Notes under the pieces: model-generated
What the model saw: the letters and a program-made list of their open reading frames with translations, nothing else
The model's database searches: none
What the model was told of the DNA's origin: nothing
In this document: positions 28,091 through 38,038 of the stretch, in pieces
Layout: each line of letters starts with the position of its first letter
How positions within the stretch are numbered: the first letter of the stretch is position 1
Translations under genes and position numbers: made by a program
Virus record (IMG/VR): IMGVR_UViG_3300029610_000240
Direction: 5' to 3' (one strand)
Length of the DNA stretch: 64,000 nt
From: a virus
Taxonomy: Duplodnaviria; Heunggongvirae; Uroviricota; Caudoviricetes

Positions 28091-28648
28091 ATGATAGTGA
28101 ACAATGCACAATTAATGAGAGAATTGAAAGAATCTGAGGAAATTAAGCAAGTTATTAACCATTTAACTCAAGATATTATTGATCTGTATCATATCCAGAT
28201 ACCAATTCAGGATATTGATGAAGCAGTTAAGATGTTTGGCGGCCGCGTGGAAGAAGATCGAGAAAAATACTGTAAATATTGCGATTTTATCAGCAAAGAG
28301 AGAGATTCTTTTGCAATTTATATTTCCCCATATTATAAATCTGAACGGAGAAAAATGATTATTGCTCAACAGTTAGGTCATTTGTTCTTGCATATGGGGT
28401 ATCAAACGAATCATGATCTTTGGAATCATCAAAAAGAAGGGCGGTTCCAAGAGAAGAACGATCCTGAACAGGCACGGCAGGCAAATAGTTTTGCATTTGC
28501 ATTGCTTATGCCGGAAAAAGAGTATCGAAAAATGATTGATCTTAATTCCGAAGGATTGCTAGTACAAACGAAAAATATTGCAGAGTATTTTGGAGTATCC
28601 CTGGCTGCTGCCGCTCAAAGAGGTAGAGGACTTAATATTTTAACATAA
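28088..28648 (+). CDS. ImmA/IrrE-family (DUF955-like) protein with a degenerate HExxH: HELGH reads QQLGH, so it is probably non-catalytic
   Basis: 'RRKMIIAQQLGHLFLHMGY ... QANSFAFALLMPEKEYRKMI ... IAEYFGVSLAAAAQR' follows the ImmA/IrrE layout, but both the His and the Glu of the zinc motif are Gln. Confidence 0.55.
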   Translation: MMIVNNAQLMRELKESEEIKQVINHLTQDIIDLYHIQIPIQDIDEAVKMFGGRVEEDREKYCKYCDFISKERDSFAIYISPYYKSERRKMIIAQQLGHLFLHMGYQTNHDLWNHQKEGRFQEKNDPEQARQANSFAFALLMPEKEYRKMIDLNSEGLLVQTKNIAEYFGVSLAAAAQRGRGLNILT

Positions 28649-28698
28649 TACTAGCAGAAAAACTCCGTTTGTAAAACGTAAAAAGGAGAATCGTATTT

Positions 28699-28992
28699 AT
28701 GAGTGAATTCATTAAAACATTATTTGAAGAAAAAGAAAAGCTTGACGAAATATGCCATATTGAAGAGCAACAACGAAAGAAAATCCAGAAACATCTGGAT
28801 ACATTAACTGATGATCAGGTTAGGGAAATGTCATTTGAGGATAAAGTATTATTAAAAGAAAAATATGGATTTTTTATTGATACTAAATTAGTCAATCTTT
28901 TACATAGAGAAATCAAAAATGGATTAATTAAAGCAAAAGGACCTGCCATTCATTATCCTTTCTTGAAAGGACTTGTTTTTTTAACTGAATAA
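28699..28992 (+). CDS. hypothetical protein (97 aa)
   Basis: RBS 'aaaaggagaatcgtatttatg'. Confidence 0.45.
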   Translation: MSEFIKTLFEEKEKLDEICHIEEQQRKKIQKHLDTLTDDQVREMSFEDKVLLKEKYGFFIDTKLVNLLHREIKNGLIKAKGPAIHYPFLKGLVFLTE

Positions 28993-29215
28993 TCTGGTGC
29001 TAATTGATCCATCTGTCCGGTGTAAAGTGAGCCACTTCATTTACAATTGTTTTTTCTACAGCTAGGGTATGAGATTGAACACATCTTATAAAGCCTGCTA
29101 TCGCACCGCTGTGGCGGCAAGGGCTTGACAAGATATGTCCACTCTCATAAATAGCACCTAAGCAAAATCAAAGTGGATTAATGTTAGCCGGAATACCGGC
29201 TCACTCAACACCGGA

Positions 29216-29698
29216 ATGATGGCTCTCGCGAGGCAGAATCTCCATTTAACAAAAGAACAGATTTATGATTTAGATGAATTCGTTAATCAAATGAGAAACT
29301 TAAATGCTTTAACTCAAAGTCTGGCAAACAGAAAATTGAATGACACATTAAAAGAAACGGCAGAATATGAGAACATAGAATATAAAGAAATGACATTAAC
29401 AGATGAAAAATGGAAGCAGATTGTTGATTTACTTGTACAGCATAAGATTGGAAAATGTATGTTGCATATAGCTGTTAATGACTGTGGCGATACATGTTGG
29501 ATTGATCGCAAACAATATGAGAAAGTAAAATCTGGAAAAGCTTCCGAAGACGAAAAAGAAGAATTGTATGATCAAATTTGGGGTAATACCTGTGGATATT
29601 GTGAAATATCTACAAATTGTCAAGATTTAGAATATTGTAATTTTATGAAACAAATTAAGATTTGTGGTTTTTCCTTCATAAAAAATGATGTCAATTAG
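29216..29698 (+). CDS. hypothetical protein with a Cys-rich C-terminus; start uncertain
   Basis: ORF track. 'CGDTCWIDRKQYEKVKSGK...CGYCEISTNCQDLEYCNF'. No convincing RBS at the annotated start. Confidence 0.3.
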   Translation: MMALARQNLHLTKEQIYDLDEFVNQMRNLNALTQSLANRKLNDTLKETAEYENIEYKEMTLTDEKWKQIVDLLVQHKIGKCMLHIAVNDCGDTCWIDRKQYEKVKSGKASEDEKEELYDQIWGNTCGYCEISTNCQDLEYCNFMKQIKICGFSFIKNDVN

Positions 29699-29752
29699 CT
29701 CGTATTAAGCATGAATCATAGAGATTGAATTAGAAAGAAGGATTTCTTATTT

Positions 29753-30253
29753 ATGACGAACAAACAACAGTATGTGGAACGAAAGAAATATAAAAAAGAG
29801 CAGATTTATGATGCAATCGCAAAAAGAATTAGAGAAATTTGCGATCTTACTGATTCAGTAACTTCTGCAGAGTGTCTTAAAAATACACTGCTTAGAATGG
29901 GTTATGAAATAATCTGTACGAATGATATAAGCAGATACAATGATCGCTATGAATTAATACCAAAGTTTGATAAAACTTATCAAATTAAGGTTCCATTTGT
30001 ATCGAGAGAAAAAGAAAATATGCTGCTTGCACGAGCTTTGTGTGAAATACAAACAGGTATACATAATGATATGGAATGTAAGATTATAGCAAGAAGATTA
30101 TTGATGCCAAAACAAGAGTTTTTAGATCAAATCAAAAAAAATGAAGATGTTTCTGGACGAGTTAATCTTACCAATATTGCCAGACATTTTTGTGTAGATG
30201 AATCAGTTGTATCGTCATTGGGTGTGGACCTTAATCTTTTAAGTATTTTTTGA
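29753..30253 (+). CDS. Second degenerate ImmA/IrrE-like (DUF955-like) protein; the zinc motif is replaced by 'ARALCE'
   Basis: 'REKENMLLARALCEIQTGIHND...KIIARRLLMPKQEFLDQI...NIARHFCVDESVV' aligns by eye to the same layout as 28088..28648. Confidence 0.4.
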   Translation: MTNKQQYVERKKYKKEQIYDAIAKRIREICDLTDSVTSAECLKNTLLRMGYEIICTNDISRYNDRYELIPKFDKTYQIKVPFVSREKENMLLARALCEIQTGIHNDMECKIIARRLLMPKQEFLDQIKKNEDVSGRVNLTNIARHFCVDESVVSSLGVDLNLLSIF

Positions 30254-30297
30254 TCAATAACAAAAGGACTTCAACCAAATAGTCAAAGTCCCTTTGC

Positions 30298-30498
30298 TTA
30301 ATCCGGAATGATCTCTATAACATCCTCTATTTTACAATTGAGATAGAGACAGATTTTGTCAATTGTCTCTAAAGAAATGTATTCTCCCTTAGACATTTTT
30401 GCGAGTGCATTTGTCCCAAATCCAATGTTTTTTCTAAGTTCGGTTTTTGTCATTCCTTTTTTAGTTAACGTTGTAAATAATGGTGTATAACTTACCAT
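30298..30498 (-). CDS. XRE-family helix-turn-helix transcriptional regulator (66 aa)
   Basis: 'LTKKGMTKTELRKNIGFGTNALAKMSKGEYISLETIDKICLYLNCKIEDVIEII' is a canonical HTH_26/XRE pattern. Confidence 0.8.
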   Translation of the reverse strand: MVSYTPLFTTLTKKGMTKTELRKNIGFGTNALAKMSKGEYISLETIDKICLYLNCKIEDVIEIIPD

Positions 30499-30674
30499 AA
30501 TGCAACCTCCTATGTTTGTATTATAGCATATTTTATTTCAAAATCAAAATAAAATATCTCGAAAAGCAAATATTTCTATTGACTTAATATCTCGAAAGTG
30601 ATACATTATATTTAGAAAAGCAAATAATTTATCTCGAAACAGAGATATATATTTATGAGTAAGGAGAATGTAAA

Positions 30675-31259
30675 ATGAGCGAAATTGAAGTAAAAATTAG
30701 AGACGATAAAGCAATGTTATATACACCATATAATCCAGAGTTTGTTAAAAGGATTAAAAAATTTTCAGATGCGAGATGGAATTCGGGCGAAAAATGTTGG
30801 ACGATTGATGAATCAAATCTGGATGCTGCCAGAGTGATTATGAAAGAAATCTACGGATATGCAGATAATGAAATTAATGAAAAGGTCACACTCAAAATTC
30901 ATGTAAAGGAATCTGTAAGTAAAAAACATGGTGACGTAATCCTCTTTGGAAAAATCTTAAGTCATGCAACAGGTCGAGACAGTGGAGCACATCCCGGCAG
31001 TGACGTAGCCTATATTCATGGATCAGCTTACAGCGGTGGAAGTGCTAAGAACTGGGAGAGTGTAGTTAGTGAAGATAGTGAGATCTTATTACATAATGTC
31101 AATAAAAATCTTTATGAGGAATATCTTGAGAATCCGCAGGAAGAGTATGAGATAGAAGTTGTAACAGACAGTATTGACTCTGCTGCCTTGAAGCAAGAAA
31201 AGGAACGTTTATTAAAAAGAATCAAAGAAATTGATCATGTATTGAATTGTGAGGGATAA
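30675..31259 (+). CDS. hypothetical protein (194 aa)
   Basis: RBS 'aaggagaatgtaaaatg'. Confidence 0.5.
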   Translation: MSEIEVKIRDDKAMLYTPYNPEFVKRIKKFSDARWNSGEKCWTIDESNLDAARVIMKEIYGYADNEINEKVTLKIHVKESVSKKHGDVILFGKILSHATGRDSGAHPGSDVAYIHGSAYSGGSAKNWESVVSEDSEILLHNVNKNLYEEYLENPQEEYEIEVVTDSIDSAALKQEKERLLKRIKEIDHVLNCEG

Positions 31260-31261
31260 AA

Positions 31262-31765
31262 ATGAGAAAGACATTTGTAGTATTTATAGCATTTATAATG
31301 CTGTACGTTGTAGTAGATCAATATGATACTTGGATGAGCTATAACGAAATAAAACAATATTATACGGATAATTATACTTTTATCTATAAGCAGAAAACTC
31401 TTTCAAAAAGTCTTACAAAGCAGTTTTTGCAACAATTAAAAGGACAGTCACATATCCATGGATCTAAAGATAAAGATATGGTTTTGCATCAATTTAATGA
31501 TTCTGAATCCGATGATTTTGGACAAATTATAATTCAAATTGATAAAAAAACGAAAACCATTTATGCATTTAGAGTGAAATCAGGATCTAAAGAATATATA
31601 GGTACACAGATTGCTTATCAGCGTGGATATAAGATATTTCATAACGATAAAGAACTTTCTTCAAAGAAAGACGTAAATAAAGTTTTAGATAAAATGGAAG
31701 ATGCTGATAACTATATGATTGAAGCGAATGACAAAAATAAAACACTAAATATCATAGATCCATAG
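31262..31765 (+). CDS. hypothetical membrane-anchored protein (N-terminal TM)
   Basis: 'MRKTFVVFIAFIMLYVVV' N-terminal anchor. Confidence 0.45.
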   Translation: MRKTFVVFIAFIMLYVVVDQYDTWMSYNEIKQYYTDNYTFIYKQKTLSKSLTKQFLQQLKGQSHIHGSKDKDMVLHQFNDSESDDFGQIIIQIDKKTKTIYAFRVKSGSKEYIGTQIAYQRGYKIFHNDKELSSKKDVNKVLDKMEDADNYMIEANDKNKTLNIIDP

Positions 31766-31825
31766 AGAAATCATGGAAAGTAGTATTTGGTGTATGACAT
31801 TTATGGTAGAAATGGAGAAAAGATT

Positions 31826-32218
31826 ATGTTGTTAGATGAATTAAAGATTGAGCAGGATGATTTAAAAGTTGGAGATGTTGTATATACATCACATCATCCT
31901 AATATTGGAGTATGGGTAAGTTTCCGGTATTCAAAAATGCGAAAAGAAGTGATTCAACGGATCACTCCGAAACGAACAAAAATTGTAACGGACTATGGAG
32001 AATATACGAATCGTGATCATTTTTATAAAATGACTGATGAATTGAAGAAACAGTCGGAAATTGCAGAGGCAGCAGAAAACATCTGTGATGATCTTGCTAA
32101 AATTGATCAATTTATTAAGAAACACAGTTATAAAGGGATTCGTGATGAAGATATGCTAAATATCAAAGATCATATGAATGCTGTTCGTAAAATATTAGAC
32201 TCATATGAGCAAGAATAA
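31826..32218 (+). CDS. hypothetical protein
   Basis: Internal ATG with RBS 'ggagaaaag' is preferred over the GTG at 31787. Confidence 0.4.
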   Translation: MLLDELKIEQDDLKVGDVVYTSHHPNIGVWVSFRYSKMRKEVIQRITPKRTKIVTDYGEYTNRDHFYKMTDELKKQSEIAEAAENICDDLAKIDQFIKKHSYKGIRDEDMLNIKDHMNAVRKILDSYEQE

Positions 32219-32224
32219 CAGAAG

Positions 32225-32467
32225 ATGAAGCATATGATTATAAACACATTGATCATTATATTTTGGTTACTTGTAATTATTTACATACTTATAGAAAGTT
32301 ATATCTACGGCCCATTAACAGTACTATGTGGATGTGTTTTGGCAAGCATAATAGTAATTGCCGGCATAAAAATAGTAACGGGAATAGCCCCTAAAGGATG
32401 GATTAAAACATATACAACCGTAGCGACTGTATCAAAAAAATATACAAAAGATGATAAATATGGATAA
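32225..32467 (+). CDS. Small two-TM membrane protein
   Basis: Hydrophobic 80-aa ORF. Confidence 0.4.
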   Translation: MKHMIINTLIIIFWLLVIIYILIESYIYGPLTVLCGCVLASIIVIAGIKIVTGIAPKGWIKTYTTVATVSKKYTKDDKYG

Positions 32468-32904
32468 GGTACCACAATAAGAGGGAAATATGAAATAACA
32501 GGTGTTCTACTATGTAGAAAATATTATATTGTTTTAAATGAGAATGGGAAAGATCATACATTTGAGATTCCTAAAAGCCAATACAATTCAATAAAGCTGA
32601 ACAGTCGTGTATTGTGTAAGATAAATTATAAAGAAAATAAAATTACAAAAATTAAAATGATCGATAAATCAAGAATTTTATATAATCCTTTCGTTCAAAA
32701 ACTTAGATAACGTAACTATAAAGAGATTCATGATGATGACTTAATTGATGATTTAAGACAAAGTTTTAAAAATATGTAACAGATATATGTAAAAACAAAT
32801 GGCAGTTACATAATGCGTAAGAATAAGAATGTATCGAATAAGTCTATATAAGTAGAATCTACCAGGTGGTAGAAAATATTAAAACTAACAGGAGATAATA
32901 TTTC

Positions 32905-33267
32905 ATGGACACAGAAGATTTAATTGAAAAAAAGGTAAATATCATGATTTTACTATGTATCATGATGATAATGTTGGCTATGCTTCCCCGTATGGTTAAC
33001 CAGGTAATAAAAATTTGTAACTATAAACAAACAGCTTCTCTAAATGTGGATGATAAATATTACCAAAATTCTCGCTGGGGAAACAGCTATAAAATTGTTA
33101 TTAATTGTCATGATGAAGAAAAAGAAATTGCAGTTTCAGAAAAAGAATTTCACGCAATTAAAATCGGAGATAAAGTATTGTGTAATGTATATCGTTCAGC
33201 AAATCAAGTTGTAACTGTAGAATTAAATGAACATTGGAAAGACGCAGGTGACAAGTATGATAACTAA
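32905..33267 (+). CDS. hypothetical membrane-anchored protein
   Basis: RBS 'aggagataatatttcatg' and an N-terminal TM helix. Confidence 0.45.
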   Translation: MDTEDLIEKKVNIMILLCIMMIMLAMLPRMVNQVIKICNYKQTASLNVDDKYYQNSRWGNSYKIVINCHDEEKEIAVSEKEFHAIKIGDKVLCNVYRSANQVVTVELNEHWKDAGDKYDN

Positions 33268-33730
33268 TTCAAAAAAATGGAACGATCCTGATTATTATGA
33301 AGAAAATTTCGTAAATATCATTTACGACAAACTTACAGAAGGAATGGGTTTGTCAAAAGATGAAAGAAAAAGCCTTTTGGATTTGCTTCTTAATCAAAGA
33401 CACGATCCGATGTATTATGACATTATTTGCCAAGAGTTTAAAAATCATTTATTTAAAGAGGAAGTAAGAACTATTTTTAGACTGAATGGTAAGTATTTTG
33501 AGATTCGTTGGATTCGCAAAAATGAATCTTTTGATGAACCAGATGAATTCCCTAATGATCCAATAGAGGTAGTAAAAACAACAAGGGTTGTAAAGGAATG
33601 GGTTGCAAAATCTGATCAGTATAATTTTGATCCCGTTCTTTTAAAGGAGCAAAAAGCAAAATTGCAAAAATATCTAAAAAAAATTGATTGTATTTTGGAT
33701 ATATTAGAAATGGAAAAAATGGATTACTAA
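33227..33730 (+). CDS. hypothetical protein, paralog of 33806..34147
   Basis: Shared 'DYY(E/D)E(N/H)F...I(I/M)YDK(L/I)TEGM.L...KYFEIRW...(E/S)EFPNDP(I/V)EV' blocks. Confidence 0.5.
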   Translation: MNIGKTQVTSMITNSKKWNDPDYYEENFVNIIYDKLTEGMGLSKDERKSLLDLLLNQRHDPMYYDIICQEFKNHLFKEEVRTIFRLNGKYFEIRWIRKNESFDEPDEFPNDPIEVVKTTRVVKEWVAKSDQYNFDPVLLKEQKAKLQKYLKKIDCILDILEMEKMDY

Positions 33731-33805
33731 AGCAGACTGAAAAAAATTAGTCATTTATTAGTTTGTAATAATACAAAATAAGATAATTGAAAGGAGAAGC
33801 AGCTA

Positions 33806-34147
33806 ATGATAACAGATCAGGGAAGATGGGACGATAGAGATTACTATGATGAACATTTCTATGACATCATGTATGACAAGATTACGGAAGGAATGAAATT
33901 AACAGTAGATGAAATGGACAACCTTGTAAGTGCAGGATTATTTGATAAGGAAATTGTTCCGCATGAAGAATACTTAGAGGTTAATGATAATAATCAGAAG
34001 ATGAGAACCATTGTTAAGCTTCATGACAAATACTTTGAGATCCGTTGGACTCAATGGACACACAAAGATTCGGAATTTCCAAATGATCCAGTGGAAGTAA
34101 GAAAGAAACCTAAAATTATAGATGACTGGATTCCAGTAGAAAAATAA
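33806..34147 (+). CDS. hypothetical protein, paralog of 33227..33730
   Basis: RBS 'aaaggagaagcagctaatg'. See the previous entry. Confidence 0.5.
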   Translation: MITDQGRWDDRDYYDEHFYDIMYDKITEGMKLTVDEMDNLVSAGLFDKEIVPHEEYLEVNDNNQKMRTIVKLHDKYFEIRWTQWTHKDSEFPNDPVEVRKKPKIIDDWIPVEK

Positions 34148-34328
34148 GAGGGGGTTATTTATGAATGAATTAACATTGCTTTCTATTGCAGTGACATTAT
34201 TTGTTATTATTTTGGTGATTGCAGGAGTTTTTACTTTTTTAAAATCAATCGTGCATAGATTAGATGGCGATATATATACAACAGCTGGTATCGTTGCTTT
34301 ATCCATTATGATGGAGAGGAGTGAATAA

Positions 34329-35135
34329 ATGAGTTTAGGAATCTACGATGCATTTATTTTTGATAGATCTTACACTATGGAAGAATTGACAAAAAAGATT
34401 GATATTCTAAGAAAAGATGTAAAAAAAACTATTGATATTCAATTACACAAATATGTACTGGAAAAGTTTTTATATTGCTATTTTTTGAGAGAAAATCTCA
34501 GCACCGATGAAATTTTAGAAATAGCGAAGAAAGAAACAGATTATGATAGGAAAATGTGGTTACAAGATACTGCTCAAGGGCAATGGAAATCATTATATCG
34601 AAACATTGTTCTGTATATTCGTGGTAAAGTCAGAAATCAAACAAGGGATAATTTGTTAGAAAGCTTGGATTATAATTATCGAGCTGTCTTGTTTTTGTTT
34701 GCTGTAGAAGGAAAAATACTTTGCGTTTACAGTGGAAATTCGAGTATTATTCCAATTTTGGAACAGCAAAAGTATCTAAGTGATTTTCAATATTGGAACA
34801 ATACAGATCGACCGAAAGAAATTTCAGAAAAAGACTGGGAAAAAAGATATTATCTTTGGGAAAAGGCAATTGGACCAGAGTATTTTCTACCAGATCATGG
34901 TTTCATGGTGAATCTTTATGATACTTCTATGGAATTATTTCGGTCAAATTTTCCATTTTATAAAGAATCTGTTCCAGATTATGATGATATTTTATACCGC
35001 TTAATGAACACGCTATATCCAGATATTGAAGGTGATCAATGGGAAGATAAATGGAATAAGCTAAAAAGGAATTGCCCAAAGATGGATATGGATGGGATTG
35101 GTCAGATTTTTGATCTTACTGAAAGGAGAAGCTAA
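34329..35135 (+). CDS. hypothetical protein (268 aa)
   Basis: ORF with RBS 'gagaggagtgaataaatg'. Confidence 0.5.
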   Translation: MSLGIYDAFIFDRSYTMEELTKKIDILRKDVKKTIDIQLHKYVLEKFLYCYFLRENLSTDEILEIAKKETDYDRKMWLQDTAQGQWKSLYRNIVLYIRGKVRNQTRDNLLESLDYNYRAVLFLFAVEGKILCVYSGNSSIIPILEQQKYLSDFQYWNNTDRPKEISEKDWEKRYYLWEKAIGPEYFLPDHGFMVNLYDTSMELFRSNFPFYKESVPDYDDILYRLMNTLYPDIEGDQWEDKWNKLKRNCPKMDMDGIGQIFDLTERRS

Positions 35136-35137
35136 CC

Positions 35138-36085
35138 ATGAGTATTAAAGATGCGATATACAAAAAAATTATTTTTCATATTATCAATGATAATAGTTTT
35201 TTGTATAAACAAGCCATAAAAGAGTATGTATCACATAAGACTTTATCATTGGTTCAGAAAAGTATTCAGGACAAAAACATGAGTTCTATTATCTTAGATT
35301 ATGATTGGCAGATTTATAATGTTGTGGAAAATAAACAGATCCTTGATCAAACAAATATTCAGATTTTAAATTTTACACAACAATTAAATCCGAAAGCCGA
35401 AAATGAGGAATTTATTGGATATAATCCCTTTGATTATATTCATAGTAATTTAGAAATCAAAGAAGCCATTGATAATATAATTATCCGTAAAGATTCTGTG
35501 AACGATGTATGTGAAAAAATTTTGCTAGAAAAAATATTCCAAAACATGATGCAAGAACCTGTTCCAAAACGTAACTTTACTTTTGTTTTAGATGTTCTAA
35601 ATAATTGGGAAAAACATGGAATGCCTCATTTTGATTGGGGCTTTGGTCGGGAAAAACATGATGTATTTGAGGTACTTGATTTTACTACAGTAAATAATTT
35701 GATCGAAGATATTAAAATATTTTGTGATGATAAAATCGAATTTGTTGACAAGGAAAAACTTGAGATTGGTATGTTAAGAAAAGAAAAAACTACATTATTT
35801 ATAGAAATTCCGTCAGAGAATAATACGTATGATGCAATTATACGCATATTAATTCAACAATTATGGCAGGAATTAGCTTTAAATCAATACGATAATTATG
35901 GAAACGATGAATTCCCACATTTTGTAAGAATGATAACTCCATTATTTGAGGAAACGACAGTTAATATAAGAGATGGGTTGCTGCCAACATATGAACAATT
36001 ATTTCGATGGGCTCATTTCACGAGACGGCCGGAAGATTATAATTTAAATATTTCGGTAGTCTCAATGTATGATAATGCATTTTAG
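35138..36085 (+). CDS. hypothetical protein (315 aa)
   Basis: ORF with RBS 'aaaggagaagctaaccatg'. Confidence 0.5.
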   Translation: MSIKDAIYKKIIFHIINDNSFLYKQAIKEYVSHKTLSLVQKSIQDKNMSSIILDYDWQIYNVVENKQILDQTNIQILNFTQQLNPKAENEEFIGYNPFDYIHSNLEIKEAIDNIIIRKDSVNDVCEKILLEKIFQNMMQEPVPKRNFTFVLDVLNNWEKHGMPHFDWGFGREKHDVFEVLDFTTVNNLIEDIKIFCDDKIEFVDKEKLEIGMLRKEKTTLFIEIPSENNTYDAIIRILIQQLWQELALNQYDNYGNDEFPHFVRMITPLFEETTVNIRDGLLPTYEQLFRWAHFTRRPEDYNLNISVVSMYDNAF

Positions 36086-36133
36086 TAAACTTGTCTTTAA
36101 AAAGGAAATAATCATAATAGAAATGAACCAACT

Positions 36134-36279
36134 GTTTTGTAATCGTGTAAAAGCACTTAAATATGCTGTAGAAGATGTTTTGTTACTGTGCAACGGAAAT
36201 ATGTCTAAATGATTTAATTTATTACTACTTTTTATTCCTTTGTTTTGTAACCGTGTAACGGAGACATGTCTAAATGGTC
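36134..36279 (+). CRISPR. Mini CRISPR array U0: three 38-nt 'GTTTTGTAACCGTGTAACGGAGACATGTCTAAATGGTC'-type repeats (the first two degenerate) with one clear 27-nt spacer
   Basis: Repeats at 36134-36171, 36177-36214 and 36242-36279. Spacer 'taatttattactactttttattccttt' at 36215-36241. Confidence 0.6.
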
Positions 36280-36356
36280 AAATTATTTTGCACGGTGCGT
36301 AAAAATAAGAAATTATCGAATAGGCTCGTTAAAACGAGAGCTGCCGTGTGGCAGTA
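36280..36356 (+). ncRNA. tracrRNA-like module cognate to U0 (anti-repeat, 'AAAAATAAG' nexus, two hairpins)
   Basis: 'aaattattttgCACGGtgcgtaaaaataagaaattatcgaataggctcgttaaaacgagagctgccgtgtggcag'. CACGG pairs with the repeat's CCGTG. The nexus and hairpins are SpCas9-tracr-like. Confidence 0.6.
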
Positions 36357-36499
36357 AATCTAAGCTACATCAATTTCAAGATTATAATTTGGGAGGAGAA
36401 AATGTTTGGGAAAATTAATGTTTTTTATTTATTGTTGGCTATATATTTGTATTATTTGTTATATTCTTGCAGCCAAGAACAAGAAAGAAGGTGTAGTGT

Positions 36500-37183
36500 A
36501 TGATTAATTTTTCAGTAGTTCATAATTCTTTATTCATTTTGCTTAGTATCATCTTTATATTATCTACAATAAATCCGCTCAAACATCGCTACGAACCAAT
36601 CATAGATATTGAGCCGCAGATCATAAAAATTAAAGATGGAAAATATGTAAAAATTGATTATATCATATACTCTCAGATTATAGATTCAAAATTGTATCGT
36701 AAGAAAAAGAATGAAAATATAATGAAATTAATGAGGATGAAATCATTATATATATTAGAACGTATTATTCGAAATATGCCATACAAAACAATTGTTGATC
36801 AAAGAGAATATATCGAAAATAATCTACAGACACAATTAAATGATAGTTTAAGAAAATATGGAATTGGAGTAGAACGTGTTGCTTTAAAAAATATTTTGGA
36901 AGATTCAGTTCTTGTATCTTGTGTAGATAAAAGCTCGAATGAAACTCATAAATGTACTTCCGAAGAAGTAGGAGATATTCCAAGTTATGTTGATGATCAT
37001 GTACGGACAGATTATATATCTATTTTTCAATATAATGATCAGATAATCAAATCAAGAAATAAAGATATTTATGATCAAGTAGAAGTTGGGAAAAAATACA
37101 ATGCTAGAATTAAGATTCTAATACATAATGATCAAACAGAAAATTATGATGTGGCAGAAATTATATCCGGAATTAAAAAATGA
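36500..37183 (+). CDS. hypothetical membrane-anchored protein (227 aa)
   Basis: N-terminal TM 'FSVVHNSLFILLSIIFILSTI'. Confidence 0.45.
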   Translation: MINFSVVHNSLFILLSIIFILSTINPLKHRYEPIIDIEPQIIKIKDGKYVKIDYIIYSQIIDSKLYRKKKNENIMKLMRMKSLYILERIIRNMPYKTIVDQREYIENNLQTQLNDSLRKYGIGVERVALKNILEDSVLVSCVDKSSNETHKCTSEEVGDIPSYVDDHVRTDYISIFQYNDQIIKSRNKDIYDQVEVGKKYNARIKILIHNDQTENYDVAEIISGIKK

Positions 37184-37201
37184 GGAAGGGAGCAAAAGAA
37201 A

Positions 37202-38038
37202 ATGTCAAACAAAAAACTTATACTTTGTAAGTTTATATTTTTTATAGGAATGTGCATTTTATATTCATGTTCCTGGCAAGGACTTGAACTATATTTTTAT
37301 GGAAAAATTACTACAGAGGATTTTGATACAATACGGTGCATTACCATGTTGCCGGTATTCTGGAAGTTGACAAATTATTTTGCTACTTCGTTTATACAAA
37401 AGATTCACATTATACCACTTCCTGGGCAGGAAAGAGAATTTTCTCACAAACGATTAGAAGTTTTTGCTACAAGATGTGCTACATATTTAGGTATTTGGGC
37501 TTTGTTAGAGGTAATGTTTTTCAAGAGTTATAAACATCAGATTGTAGAATTAATAATGCTTTTCGTTTTTGGCGGTTTAGTTTGGATTGTATCAAAATAT
37601 AGCCTTCTATCAGCAATCATGGGAAGTGCTAATACAGGTAAATCAAATCTTGTGAATAGATTTAATAAATTGAATCTAAGAGATATTTATATGATTTATA
37701 AAGATCATAACGAATATTCAATGTATATATATGATCCGAAAGATAAAGATGACGAATTTATTGGATTCCAGATTGCTTATTTCCGTTTTGAGTTTTTAAA
37801 TCTTACTAAAACGCAAAGGAATATCATTCAAGAAGTGCTTGATCGAGCATACAGTGATCATTCATTTGAGCTAGTTGAAATTATCATGGCTCTACGTAGT
37901 ATTCATATTGCTTATTATCTGACTTTTGCCCCAACATCGGATATGTCAGGAGAAGTAGCTGTGTATACTTATGCTTCATCATTTCTTCCATTTTATAAAC
38001 GATGCATTGAAGCAAAATTATATAAACCGATAAGATGA
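37202..38038 (+). CDS. hypothetical integral membrane protein (278 aa)
   Basis: Several TM segments. RBS 'gaggaagggagcaaaagaaaatg'. Confidence 0.45.
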   Translation: MSNKKLILCKFIFFIGMCILYSCSWQGLELYFYGKITTEDFDTIRCITMLPVFWKLTNYFATSFIQKIHIIPLPGQEREFSHKRLEVFATRCATYLGIWALLEVMFFKSYKHQIVELIMLFVFGGLVWIVSKYSLLSAIMGSANTGKSNLVNRFNKLNLRDIYMIYKDHNEYSMYIYDPKDKDDEFIGFQIAYFRFEFLNLTKTQRNIIQEVLDRAYSDHSFELVEIIMALRSIHIAYYLTFAPTSDMSGEVAVYTYASSFLPFYKRCIEAKLYKPIR

